The notes under the pieces: generated by a model | The model's input: the letters and a program-made list of their open reading frames with translations, nothing else | Database searches by the model: none | What the model was told of the DNA's origin: nothing | Position numbers and translations under genes: made by a program | Shown here: piece by piece, positions 56,521-64,000 of the stretch | How the letters are laid out: the number at the start of each line of letters is the position of its first letter | Position numbering within the stretch: position 1 is the first letter of the stretch | Assembly: GCA_963678195.1 (NCBI GenBank) | Contig: OY782759.1 | Coordinates: forward strand, 3,353,961-3,417,960 | Direction: 5' to 3' | Origin: an uncultured Hyphomonas sp. | GTDB lineage: Bacteria; Pseudomonadota; Alphaproteobacteria; Caulobacterales; Hyphomonadaceae | Length of the DNA stretch: 64,000 bases

Positions 56521-57228
56521 TCAGAGCTCCGCCGGATTGGTCAGGCCAAGGTCTTCGCGCCGCCGGATGACGGCGGAGACGATCACCGCGCCGACCATCT
56601 TGCCGATGACGAAGACGATCCAGTTCCAGAAATGCAGGGAGTTGCCGGGCTCTGCGCCGAGCTCGATCTGTTTGGCGAGGTCTGCGCCATAGAGGAACAC
56701 GGTCGTGTCCACCGGCGCGGCGAACAGGCTGGAGAGCAGGATCCGCGTCGACAGGCGGTATTTGGTGAAGGTGAACATCAGCCAGTCCACGCCCTCGGAA
56801 ATGGCGAAGGCCACGCCGCTGGCCAGCGCGATCACGGGCCAGGCATAATAGAACGACCAGCCCACCGCGAGCGCCATGGCGATGAGCACCCGGTGGTGCA
56901 TCTCGCGCTGAACGAAATCGCGCACCACAAACACCATGCCCGTCACCATCGTCATCGGATGCAGCGAGACCCCGTGCGGGAACATCTCATTGGTGTGCGG
57001 GGTGACGACCTGGAACTCCGGAATGACCCCGAACGACCAGTTCAGGAAGGGAATCAGGGCGACGTAAATGATCGCCCAGAAGCGGCCCTTGAGATACCAG
57101 ATCGCAGCGAATGTCAGCGCCAGCGCCAGAAGCGCAGGCAGCAGCTGCTCTGCGTGCCCATTGGTAAGCACTGAAATCAAAGTATTAATCGCGAGGCTCC
57201 CCGGCTGACTTGCATTATTGGCAGACAT
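56521..57228 (-). CDS. VUT family (queuosine-precursor transporter-like) membrane protein
   Basis: FVVRDFVQ, ASGVAFAISEGVDW, APVDTTVFL. Confidence 0.8.
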   Translation of the reverse strand: MSANNASQPGSLAINTLISVLTNGHAEQLLPALLALALTFAAIWYLKGRFWAIIYVALIPFLNWSFGVIPEFQVVTPHTNEMFPHGVSLHPMTMVTGMVFVVRDFVQREMHHRVLIAMALAVGWSFYYAWPVIALASGVAFAISEGVDWLMFTFTKYRLSTRILLSSLFAAPVDTTVFLYGADLAKQIELGAEPGNSLHFWNWIVFVIGKMVGAVIVSAVIRRREDLGLTNPAEL

Positions 57229-57340
57229 GACTGACTTGCAAGTCTTGTCATTACCCCGGTGTAACGGCCACTACATTACCTGCACGGGGGCTGCCTCCCC
57301 GTCACCCCGACAGGAAATCAGCAACGAAGGTGTTGCCCCC

Positions 57341-57880
57341 ATGCCGGACAGTCTGAACGTCTGCCTGATTGCCGCCCGCGGCAAGAACAATGTGATCGGA
57401 AAAGAGGGCGACCTGCCGTGGCGCCTGAAAGATGATCTTTCCTTCTTCAAGAAGGTCACGATGGGCTGCCCCATCCTGATGGGCCGCAAGACCTGGGAAA
57501 GCCTGCCGGTGCGCCCGCTGAAGGGTCGCGAGAACATCGTGATGACCCGGGACTGGACCTATAACGCCCCGGGCGCGCGGGTCTATTCCAGCTTCCCGGC
57601 GGCCATCAATGCCGGCCGCGCCGTTGCCACCCGGCAGAACGCCAGTTGCGTCTTCGTCATCGGCGGGGCCACGATCTATGATCTCGCCCTGCCCTATGTC
57701 GACCGGATCTTCATGACCGAAGTCGATGCCGCCCCCGAAGGCGACGCCCATTTCCCGGAGTTGCAGACAGGCAACTGGTCCCGCGAGACGCTGGCCACCT
57801 ATCCGGCCGGGGATGGGAATGATCACGCCTTCTCCATCGTCCGGATGGACCGTGAGGCAGCTATCGCGCCGCGCACCTGA
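57341..57880 (+). CDS. folA: dihydrofolate reductase
   Basis: VIGKEGDLPWRLKDDLSFFK, MGRKTWES, PLKGRENIV, IGGATIY. Confidence 0.97.
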   Translation: MPDSLNVCLIAARGKNNVIGKEGDLPWRLKDDLSFFKKVTMGCPILMGRKTWESLPVRPLKGRENIVMTRDWTYNAPGARVYSSFPAAINAGRAVATRQNASCVFVIGGATIYDLALPYVDRIFMTEVDAAPEGDAHFPELQTGNWSRETLATYPAGDGNDHAFSIVRMDREAAIAPRT

Positions 57881-57974
57881 CACACCCCGCACGAAAACAA
57901 TTGACACGATAACTGCCAGATTGCAGTTTCGCTGACACGCGCATAGGGTGGCCTCCATCTATGGGAGGAAAAAC

Positions 57975-58883
57975 ATGGAATACGAAACAGTCGCCAGCGG
58001 TCTCCGCTTTCCGGAAGGCCCGGTCGTCATGGCAGACGGCTCCATCATCGTGGTGGAGATCGAGAAGAAGTGCATCACGCGCTGCTGGGATGGCGGCAAG
58101 ACCGAAGTGATCGCGACACCCGGCGGCGGCCCGAACGGCCTCGCCATCGGCCCGGATGGCGCGCTCTGGGTCTGCAATAATGGCGGCTTCGAATATGCCG
58201 AAATGGACGGCATGCTGATCCCCGGCAACTGCCCGGAGGATTATGATGGCGGCCGGATCGAGCGGGTGGACCTCGCCACCGGCAAGGTCGAGCGTGTCAT
58301 CGAAGCGGTCGACGGCAACCCGCTGCGAGGGCCGAACGATCTGGTCTTCGACAAGGCCGGCAATCTCTATTTCACCGACCATGGCAAGGTCCATCCGCGC
58401 CACCGCGAATTCGGCGGGCTCTATTTCCTCGCCAACGGGGCCAGCGCGGCAAAGGAACTGGACTATCACTATTCCAGCCCCAATGGCGTCGGCCTCTCGC
58501 CTGACGAGCAGACCGTCTACATGGCCGACACGATGACCGGCCGGATGTGGGCGTTCGACCTGGAAAGCCCCGGCGTCATCAAGCCAGCCAGCCCGCTGAA
58601 TGGTGGACGCGTCGTCGCCACCATGCCGGGCCTGCAATATTTCGACAGCCTGGGCATGACCGCAGCAGGGAATGTCTGTGTGGCAACCATCCTCAATGGC
58701 GGCATCACCACAATCACACCGGATGGCCAGCACAGCCATATCGCCTTCCCGGACCTGCTGGTCACCAATATCGCCTTTGGCGGAGACGACATGCGCGATG
58801 CCTACATCACGCTGTCGGGTACGGGAAACCTGATCAAGTGCCGATGGCCGGAACCGGGCCTGAAGCTCAACTTCAACGCCTGA
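57975..58883 (+). CDS. SMP-30/gluconolactonase family protein
   Basis: FPEGP, GPNGL, PNDLVFD, YFTD, PNGVGLSPD, VTNIAFGG. Confidence 0.92.
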   Translation: MEYETVASGLRFPEGPVVMADGSIIVVEIEKKCITRCWDGGKTEVIATPGGGPNGLAIGPDGALWVCNNGGFEYAEMDGMLIPGNCPEDYDGGRIERVDLATGKVERVIEAVDGNPLRGPNDLVFDKAGNLYFTDHGKVHPRHREFGGLYFLANGASAAKELDYHYSSPNGVGLSPDEQTVYMADTMTGRMWAFDLESPGVIKPASPLNGGRVVATMPGLQYFDSLGMTAAGNVCVATILNGGITTITPDGQHSHIAFPDLLVTNIAFGGDDMRDAYITLSGTGNLIKCRWPEPGLKLNFNA

Positions 58884-58905
58884 CCTGTCAGGCCGGGGGA
58901 CGACA

Positions 58906-59982
58906 ATGCGCTTTCTGAAACCTGCACTCGTCATTCTGGCGCTGTTACTGGTGGCCGGGGCGGTTGCCCGCACCGTGTTCAGTGTACAGATCGGGGAGGC
59001 GGTTTTCAGGAGCGCGATCAAGAAGAATGTCGGACGGAACGCACTGGCAGACATCCCGGACGGGCTGATGGTCGTGCTGGTCGGCACCGGCTCCCCCCTG
59101 CCGGATCCGAAGCGGGCAGGCCCGATGACAGTGGTCGCCGCCGGCGACCGGGTCTTCATCATCGATGCGGGGGCAGGCTCAGGACGCAAGTTCGGGGAAT
59201 TCGCCCTGCCCTGGGGCCGGGTGGAAGCGGCGTTCCTGACCCACTTCCATTCCGACCATATCGACGGCCTCGGCGAGGTCATGCTGCAGCACTGGGCCGC
59301 AGGCGGGGCCGACACACCGCTGGCCCTTTACGGGCCGCACGGGGTCCAGCGCATCGCCGACGGCTTCAACGAGGCTTATGCGCTGGATGCGACCTACCGG
59401 ATCGCCCATCACGGGGCAGACGTCGTGCCGCCCTCCGGCGCCGGGATGGAAGCCTTTCCCTTCCTCACCAACGGGGCCGCAACACGTGTCTATGCGCGCG
59501 ACGGCCTGACCGTGACCGCTGTGCCGGTGGACCATTCCCCGGTCGAGCCTGCCGTCGCCTACCGGTTCGATTACAAGGGCCGCTCGGTCACCATTTCCGG
59601 CGACACGGTGAAAAACCAGGCCCTGATCGGTCTTGCCCGTGACACCGACGTGCTGGTGCATGAGGCGCTGAATGACGAAATGGTCGGCGAGGTCGCCAGC
59701 CGGCTCAACACGCTCGGCGCCAGACGGCTGGAAAAGATCATGCACGACATTCCGGATTACCACACCAGCCCCGTCCAGGCCGCCGAAGTGGCCAGCGAGG
59801 CAGGCGCCGGCCTGCTCGTCTTCACCCATATCGTGCCGGCCCAACCGAGTCGTATCCTCTACCCCGCCTTCATGAAGGGCACGAAGAAAGCCTTCGACGG
59901 TCCGATCCTGATGGGCGAGGATGGCATGGCCTTTGTCCTGCCTGCAGGCTCTGACAAAATTGAGCGCAGGCGGCTGGACTAG
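58906..59982 (+). CDS. MBL-fold hydrolase (RNase Z/AtsA arylsulfatase-like), membrane-anchored
   Basis: LVGTGSP, THFHSDHIDG, VDH, ISGDT, VHEA, YHT, FTH. Confidence 0.88.
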   Translation: MRFLKPALVILALLLVAGAVARTVFSVQIGEAVFRSAIKKNVGRNALADIPDGLMVVLVGTGSPLPDPKRAGPMTVVAAGDRVFIIDAGAGSGRKFGEFALPWGRVEAAFLTHFHSDHIDGLGEVMLQHWAAGGADTPLALYGPHGVQRIADGFNEAYALDATYRIAHHGADVVPPSGAGMEAFPFLTNGAATRVYARDGLTVTAVPVDHSPVEPAVAYRFDYKGRSVTISGDTVKNQALIGLARDTDVLVHEALNDEMVGEVASRLNTLGARRLEKIMHDIPDYHTSPVQAAEVASEAGAGLLVFTHIVPAQPSRILYPAFMKGTKKAFDGPILMGEDGMAFVLPAGSDKIERRRLD

Positions 59983-60010
59983 GCTGCCAACGCCCTTTAC
60001 CTGCGCCACC

Positions 60011-61108
60011 ATGAAACACAGACTGATCGCGGCCCTTGCCGCAACCCTGCTGGCGTGCGGCTGCACCGCTGAACAACCAGCCCCCGACACGGCCACCGCA
60101 ACGCAAAGTGCCGGAGAGGCAAAATCGGACGAGCTCTCCGCCCTGCTGGACGAACTGGATTTCTCCGGCACGCTCCTCGTCAGCAAAGGGGACGACCTGC
60201 TGCTGCGCGAAGCGGTGAACGACTCCCCGATGACAGATGCCAAGGTCGTTACCGTCGACACCCGTTTTCCCATCGCGTCCATGACGAAAAGCTTCACGTC
60301 CGCGCTCGTGCTGAAACTGGTGGACGACGGAAAGCTCGGACTGGACCAGACCCTGGAAGACCTGTTGCCGGACTTCGACGTGCCTTATGCCAGCGAGGTC
60401 ACGCTCCGCCACCTGCTGCAGAACCGGTCCGGCATTCCGCACTATATCGACATCCCCGGCTGGTTCGACAATGACGTGAAGCGTGCCTTCACAGATGAGT
60501 CCTTCATGGACACGCTGGAACAACTGGAGCTGAAGTTCCCGCCTGGCAGCGATTATCTGTACTCGAACGTAAACTACTATCTTCTGGCTCTGATGATCGA
60601 CCGGTATTCGGGTATGGATTACGAGACCTATCTGCAGACGCAGATCCTGGGTCCGCTCGGTATGACCGCGACCGGCCAGCTCTACCGGGACGCAGACGGC
60701 ATTGCCGCAGACTACCTGAAAAATGATGACGGCACCTATGAGGTCATCCCCGTCGTGAACCCGGCCTTGTTCCGCGGCACGGCCTCCATGGTCTCGGCCG
60801 CGGATGATCTGAATGCCTGGGGACACGCCGTCATCGACGGCGAAATTTATTCAGACGCTGCCGCGGCAGAAGCCTTCAATGCCGACACGCCCATGGCCTG
60901 GAGCGTGTCGGAGCTTCCTGTGACAGACGACCGGACCGTCGGCGTCACCTATTATAATGGCCGCCTGATCGGTTATCTCAGCCTGATCATGCTGGTGCCG
61001 GAAGAGGATGGCGTCATCGTCATCCTGAACAACAACACGGTCGGCTATGAAAACATGATCGGCCTCGCCGCGACGCTGGCCGCGCAGCATTTCGGCAGCG
61101 AAGACTAG
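60011..61108 (+). CDS. serine hydrolase (beta-lactamase class C-like) lipoprotein
   Basis: ASMTK (SxxK), YSNVNY, LLACGC lipobox. Confidence 0.9.
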   Translation: MKHRLIAALAATLLACGCTAEQPAPDTATATQSAGEAKSDELSALLDELDFSGTLLVSKGDDLLLREAVNDSPMTDAKVVTVDTRFPIASMTKSFTSALVLKLVDDGKLGLDQTLEDLLPDFDVPYASEVTLRHLLQNRSGIPHYIDIPGWFDNDVKRAFTDESFMDTLEQLELKFPPGSDYLYSNVNYYLLALMIDRYSGMDYETYLQTQILGPLGMTATGQLYRDADGIAADYLKNDDGTYEVIPVVNPALFRGTASMVSAADDLNAWGHAVIDGEIYSDAAAAEAFNADTPMAWSVSELPVTDDRTVGVTYYNGRLIGYLSLIMLVPEEDGVIVILNNNTVGYENMIGLAATLAAQHFGSED

Positions 61109-61965
61109 TCAGCTGGTCTTCGGTCCTTCAGCGTGTATCCGTAAGCGGAGAAGTCCGCCGCACAGACTTTGCGGATGACCTCCCCTGCCGGAGACCGGGC
61201 GATAACCTCTGCTGGCGGGTCGGCGACGCTGGACCTGAAAGGCCGGTCCGGCGGCAAGGGCGTATCCAGCGCCGCGACCGCTTCCTCGCCGGACACGGGC
61301 TCTTTCGCATGGTGGTGGCCGGACCTGTAGAGCTGTTTTTCATCCCGCGTTGACGGCAGGCCAAGCTGCGCTTCTGCATACAGGAAGGCATTCTCATGGT
61401 CTTCCAGCCGAATGTTCTGAACATCAAAACGGGCTTCCACATCCAGGTATTGCGGCGCCAGATGATAATCGAGCGTCCGGACAGGCTGCGCCCGCATCCA
61501 GTCTGCAAACTGGTTGAAGGAATAGGGCGTCGCCACATCGGCATCTGCCCCGAAGACATGCCGCACCACCGCTGCCCGTGTCACAGCGGACCAGTGCTCC
61601 GGCTCCGTCAGCGTGCGCGGGTGGCAGGTTTCGAGGAAGCCGCTGAAGGCGCGCGTATAGGGATTGCGCACAAACTTGATCACCGGCCGGCCATCGCGGA
61701 TCGCGCCAGCGCAGGCTTCAATATAGCCGGGCGCGGCCTTGAACACCTCGTTCTCCCAGACATGCACCCAGATATGGCGCGCCATCGCCTCATCCAGCCG
61801 GCCGATATGATGGAAGAACCATTTCACCGCGACAGTGCAGGCGGATTTCTCGGACCACATCACCACAGCCGGAAAGGCCGGATCGTACAGCGGCGTGCGC
61901 GACCGTAAGGCAAAGCGCAACGAGCTGCGGGCCATGGCCCGTTCGAGCGTGTTCCGTAAATTCAT
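61105..61965 (-). CDS. sulfotransferase family 2-like protein
   Basis: SEKSACT (5'-PSB-like), KFVRNPYTRAFS (3'-PB), H..PQ. Confidence 0.7.
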   Translation of the reverse strand: MNLRNTLERAMARSSLRFALRSRTPLYDPAFPAVVMWSEKSACTVAVKWFFHHIGRLDEAMARHIWVHVWENEVFKAAPGYIEACAGAIRDGRPVIKFVRNPYTRAFSGFLETCHPRTLTEPEHWSAVTRAAVVRHVFGADADVATPYSFNQFADWMRAQPVRTLDYHLAPQYLDVEARFDVQNIRLEDHENAFLYAEAQLGLPSTRDEKQLYRSGHHHAKEPVSGEEAVAALDTPLPPDRPFRSSVADPPAEVIARSPAGEVIRKVCAADFSAYGYTLKDRRPAD

Positions 61966-62037
61966 GCCGCTTCCAATCCGTCCCTGCGCGGTTTCAGTTG
62001 CCGGAAACAATACCGGGCAAAACGCTCGTCCCCGCCC

Positions 62038-63252
62038 TCAATCCTCGAACACGATCTCCGGCGGCGCTTTCGTCTCCAGCGTGTCGAGGCCGAGGGCGAC
62101 CTTGCGGGCCAGTTCGTGGAAAGCTGTCGCCGTTTCCGCGTCGCCAATGGCTGCCGGCACGCCCTTGTCTCCGCCCTCGCGGATCGCCTGAAGCATCGGA
62201 ACTTCCGCCAGCAGCGGCAGGCCAAGCGCGTCGGCCATGCGTTTTCCGCCGCCATGGCCCATCAGGTAATGCTTGTTGCCGGCCGGATCCTGGAAATAAC
62301 TCATCGTCTCGACGAGGCCGATCACCGGCACGGCGGTCTTGGTGAACATGGCCGCGCCCCGGCGCACGTCAGCGAGGGCGACTTCCTGCGGCGTCGTCAC
62401 GATCAGCGCGGCGGTGACCGGGACTTTTTGCGCGATGGTCAGCTGCGCATCGCCTGTGCCGGGCGGCGTGTCGATGACCAGCACGTCCAGCGGGTCTTCC
62501 GGCGTACCCCATTCGGCATCGTTCAGCATCTGCGTGATCGCCGACATGACGATCGGCCCGCGCCAGATCATCGGCGCGTCCGGGTCTGACAGATAGCCGA
62601 TCGACAGCGTCTTCAGCCCGTGCGCCTCCACCGGCACCAGTTTCTTGTTCTTAGACCCCTTCGGTTCGGCCCCCTGCGTCCCCAGCATGGTGGGAATGGA
62701 GGGGCCATAGATATCGGCGTCCAGCAGGCCGACCTTCATGCCCGTCTTGGCGAGGGCGGCGGCGAGGTTCACCGAGACGGTAGACTTGCCCACCCCGCCC
62801 TTGGCGCTGGCGATGACCAGAATGCGGGAAATACCGGGGATTTTCGCGACGCTCCCCTGCTGGCGCTGCGGGGCCCCCTGCTGCATCGCCTCGTCCGACA
62901 GGCGGGCGCCTTTCGACACGCGGCGCGGCGACGGGGTGAGATTCAGCAGTTCGCTGCGCCCTTTCGGGGCGGCCGGCGCATGGCTGTGACTGTGCGGGGT
63001 TGAAGCGCCCTGTTTGCGTTCGGCAGTCAGCACAGTGGTGACGGTTTTGATCCCCGAAACGAGGCCCGCCTTGCCTTCTGCGTCCATTCGCCGGGCCTCA
63101 GCGGCGGCGGTATCGGCCGGATCGGCCTCGATTACCAGCACGGCGCGGCCGGTCTCGTCGACGCTGACAGACTCCAGCCATGGCGGGCTGCCGAGCGCCT
63201 TCATGATGGCATCTGCCTGTTTTTGCCGGGTTTTCCCCTTGGAACCGAACAT
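62038..63252 (-). CDS. mrp: Mrp/NBP35 (ApbC) Fe-S carrier ATPase
   Basis: SAKGGVGKST, DADIYGPS, IWRGP, DTPPGTGD, VTTPQ. Confidence 0.93.
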   Translation of the reverse strand: MFGSKGKTRQKQADAIMKALGSPPWLESVSVDETGRAVLVIEADPADTAAAEARRMDAEGKAGLVSGIKTVTTVLTAERKQGASTPHSHSHAPAAPKGRSELLNLTPSPRRVSKGARLSDEAMQQGAPQRQQGSVAKIPGISRILVIASAKGGVGKSTVSVNLAAALAKTGMKVGLLDADIYGPSIPTMLGTQGAEPKGSKNKKLVPVEAHGLKTLSIGYLSDPDAPMIWRGPIVMSAITQMLNDAEWGTPEDPLDVLVIDTPPGTGDAQLTIAQKVPVTAALIVTTPQEVALADVRRGAAMFTKTAVPVIGLVETMSYFQDPAGNKHYLMGHGGGKRMADALGLPLLAEVPMLQAIREGGDKGVPAAIGDAETATAFHELARKVALGLDTLETKAPPEIVFED

Positions 63253-63347
63253 GACCGCGACCCTCTATCCCTTGATGCCCCTCAAAAGGGCATGCATCTA
63301 TTAGCAAAGCACCTATATGGAAGCGAACACGCGCAACAGGAGGGGCC

Positions 63348-64000
63348 ATGCCCTGGGATGATAAAACTAAAGGTAGCGGCCCTTGGGGCGGCGGAGGCGG
63401 CGACAATGGCGGCGGGGACGGCAACTCCCCGTGGAAGCGCCCGTCCGGCGGCGGCAGCGGTGGCGGGGGTGACCTCGAAGACCAGATGCGCCGCATGCAG
63501 GAACGTTTCCGCGGACGCGGCAATGGCGGCGGCGGTGGCCGGCGCAAAGGCGGTGGCTCGGGCCCGAATTTCGGCCCGCTCGGCATCCTTGTTATCGCCG
63601 GCATCGCACTTATTGCCTGGCTGATGACGGGTGTCGTCGTGGTTGACGAAGGCTCGCGCGCCGCTGTGTTCCGCTTCGGCCAGTGGCAGACGAACTTCAC
63701 GCCCGGCCTGCACTTCCACCTGCCTGCCCCGATCGAGACGCATGTCGTCATGCCGTCCGAGAAGCAGCAGGAGACCCAGATCGGCAACAATTCCAATGAG
63801 GCCCTGATGCTGACCGGCGACGAAAACATCGTCGATGTCCGCTTCCGGGTGTTCTGGTTCTACGACCCGGCCAATCCGGAGAATTTCATCCTCAACGTGG
63901 ATGGCGGCGGCGAGCTGCTGAAAGCCTCCGCCGAGAGCGTGATGCGCGAAGTGGTCGGCAAGTCGAAGCTCGACGATGTCATCACCACGGGCCGGACCAC
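63348..64000 (+). CDS. hflK: FtsH modulator HflK, 5' partial (not in ORF track)
   Basis: Own translation MPWDDK...GPWGGG...DLEDQMRR...RFG...PGLHFHLPAPIE...MLTGDENIVDV; AGGAGG RBS; runs off the window. Confidence 0.95.
   Translation, partial: MPWDDKTKGSGPWGGGGGDNGGGDGNSPWKRPSGGGSGGGGDLEDQMRRMQERFRGRGNGGGGGRRKGGGSGPNFGPLGILVIAGIALIAWLMTGVVVVDEGSRAAVFRFGQWQTNFTPGLHFHLPAPIETHVVMPSEKQQETQIGNNSNEALMLTGDENIVDVRFRVFWFYDPANPENFILNVDGGGELLKASAESVMREVVGKSKLDDVITTGRT

Noticed and set aside
57229-57340. Possible preQ1 or THF riboswitch between the VUT gene and folA
   Set aside because: Only a simple hairpin (ACGGGG/CCCCGT) and a GACTTGCAAGTC palindrome; no riboswitch consensus recognised.
63348-63580. 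GGC/GGCGGT repeats near the window end
   Set aside because: They encode the normal Gly-rich N-terminus of HflK.
1-64000. CRISPR arrays, tRNA/rRNA genes, integrases or transposases
   Set aside because: None recognised on either strand by eye; tRNAscan-SE and CRISPRCasFinder would confirm.

Overview
GC-rich alphaproteobacterial chromosome segment. Gene content and protein style suggest Hyphomonadaceae (Hyphomonas-like); this is an inference. Core genes include rnpB (RNase P RNA), pgsA, hslO, argF, argD, hisS-hisZ-hisG, rpsT-dnaA-dnaN-recF, thyA, folA, mrp/apbC, a 5'-partial hflK, and a carboxy(nor)spermidine dehydrogenase/decarboxylase operon. Accessory genes are interspersed throughout. No CRISPR array, rRNA, tRNA, integrase or transposase was recognised. 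The most notable observations are: (1) a 7.4-9.5 kb hotspot with three palindromic doublet families, followed by a low-GC orphan ORF bracketed almost exactly by two inverted GTAG-type REP sequences, like a gene cassette; (2) two tandem paralogous secreted proteins of unknown fold beside rnpB; (3) a DnaA whose arginine-finger position appears to be Glu; (4) a brnTA-like pair whose toxin has lost its basic catalytic residues; (5) a CYP108-like P450 with a rubredoxin and a TetR regulator; (6) a perfect CtrA box between an L,D-transpeptidase-family gene and a candidate sRNA, plus other sRNA candidates; (7) two small ORFs below the ORF-track cutoff. All family calls come from motif recognition by eye; no database searches were run.
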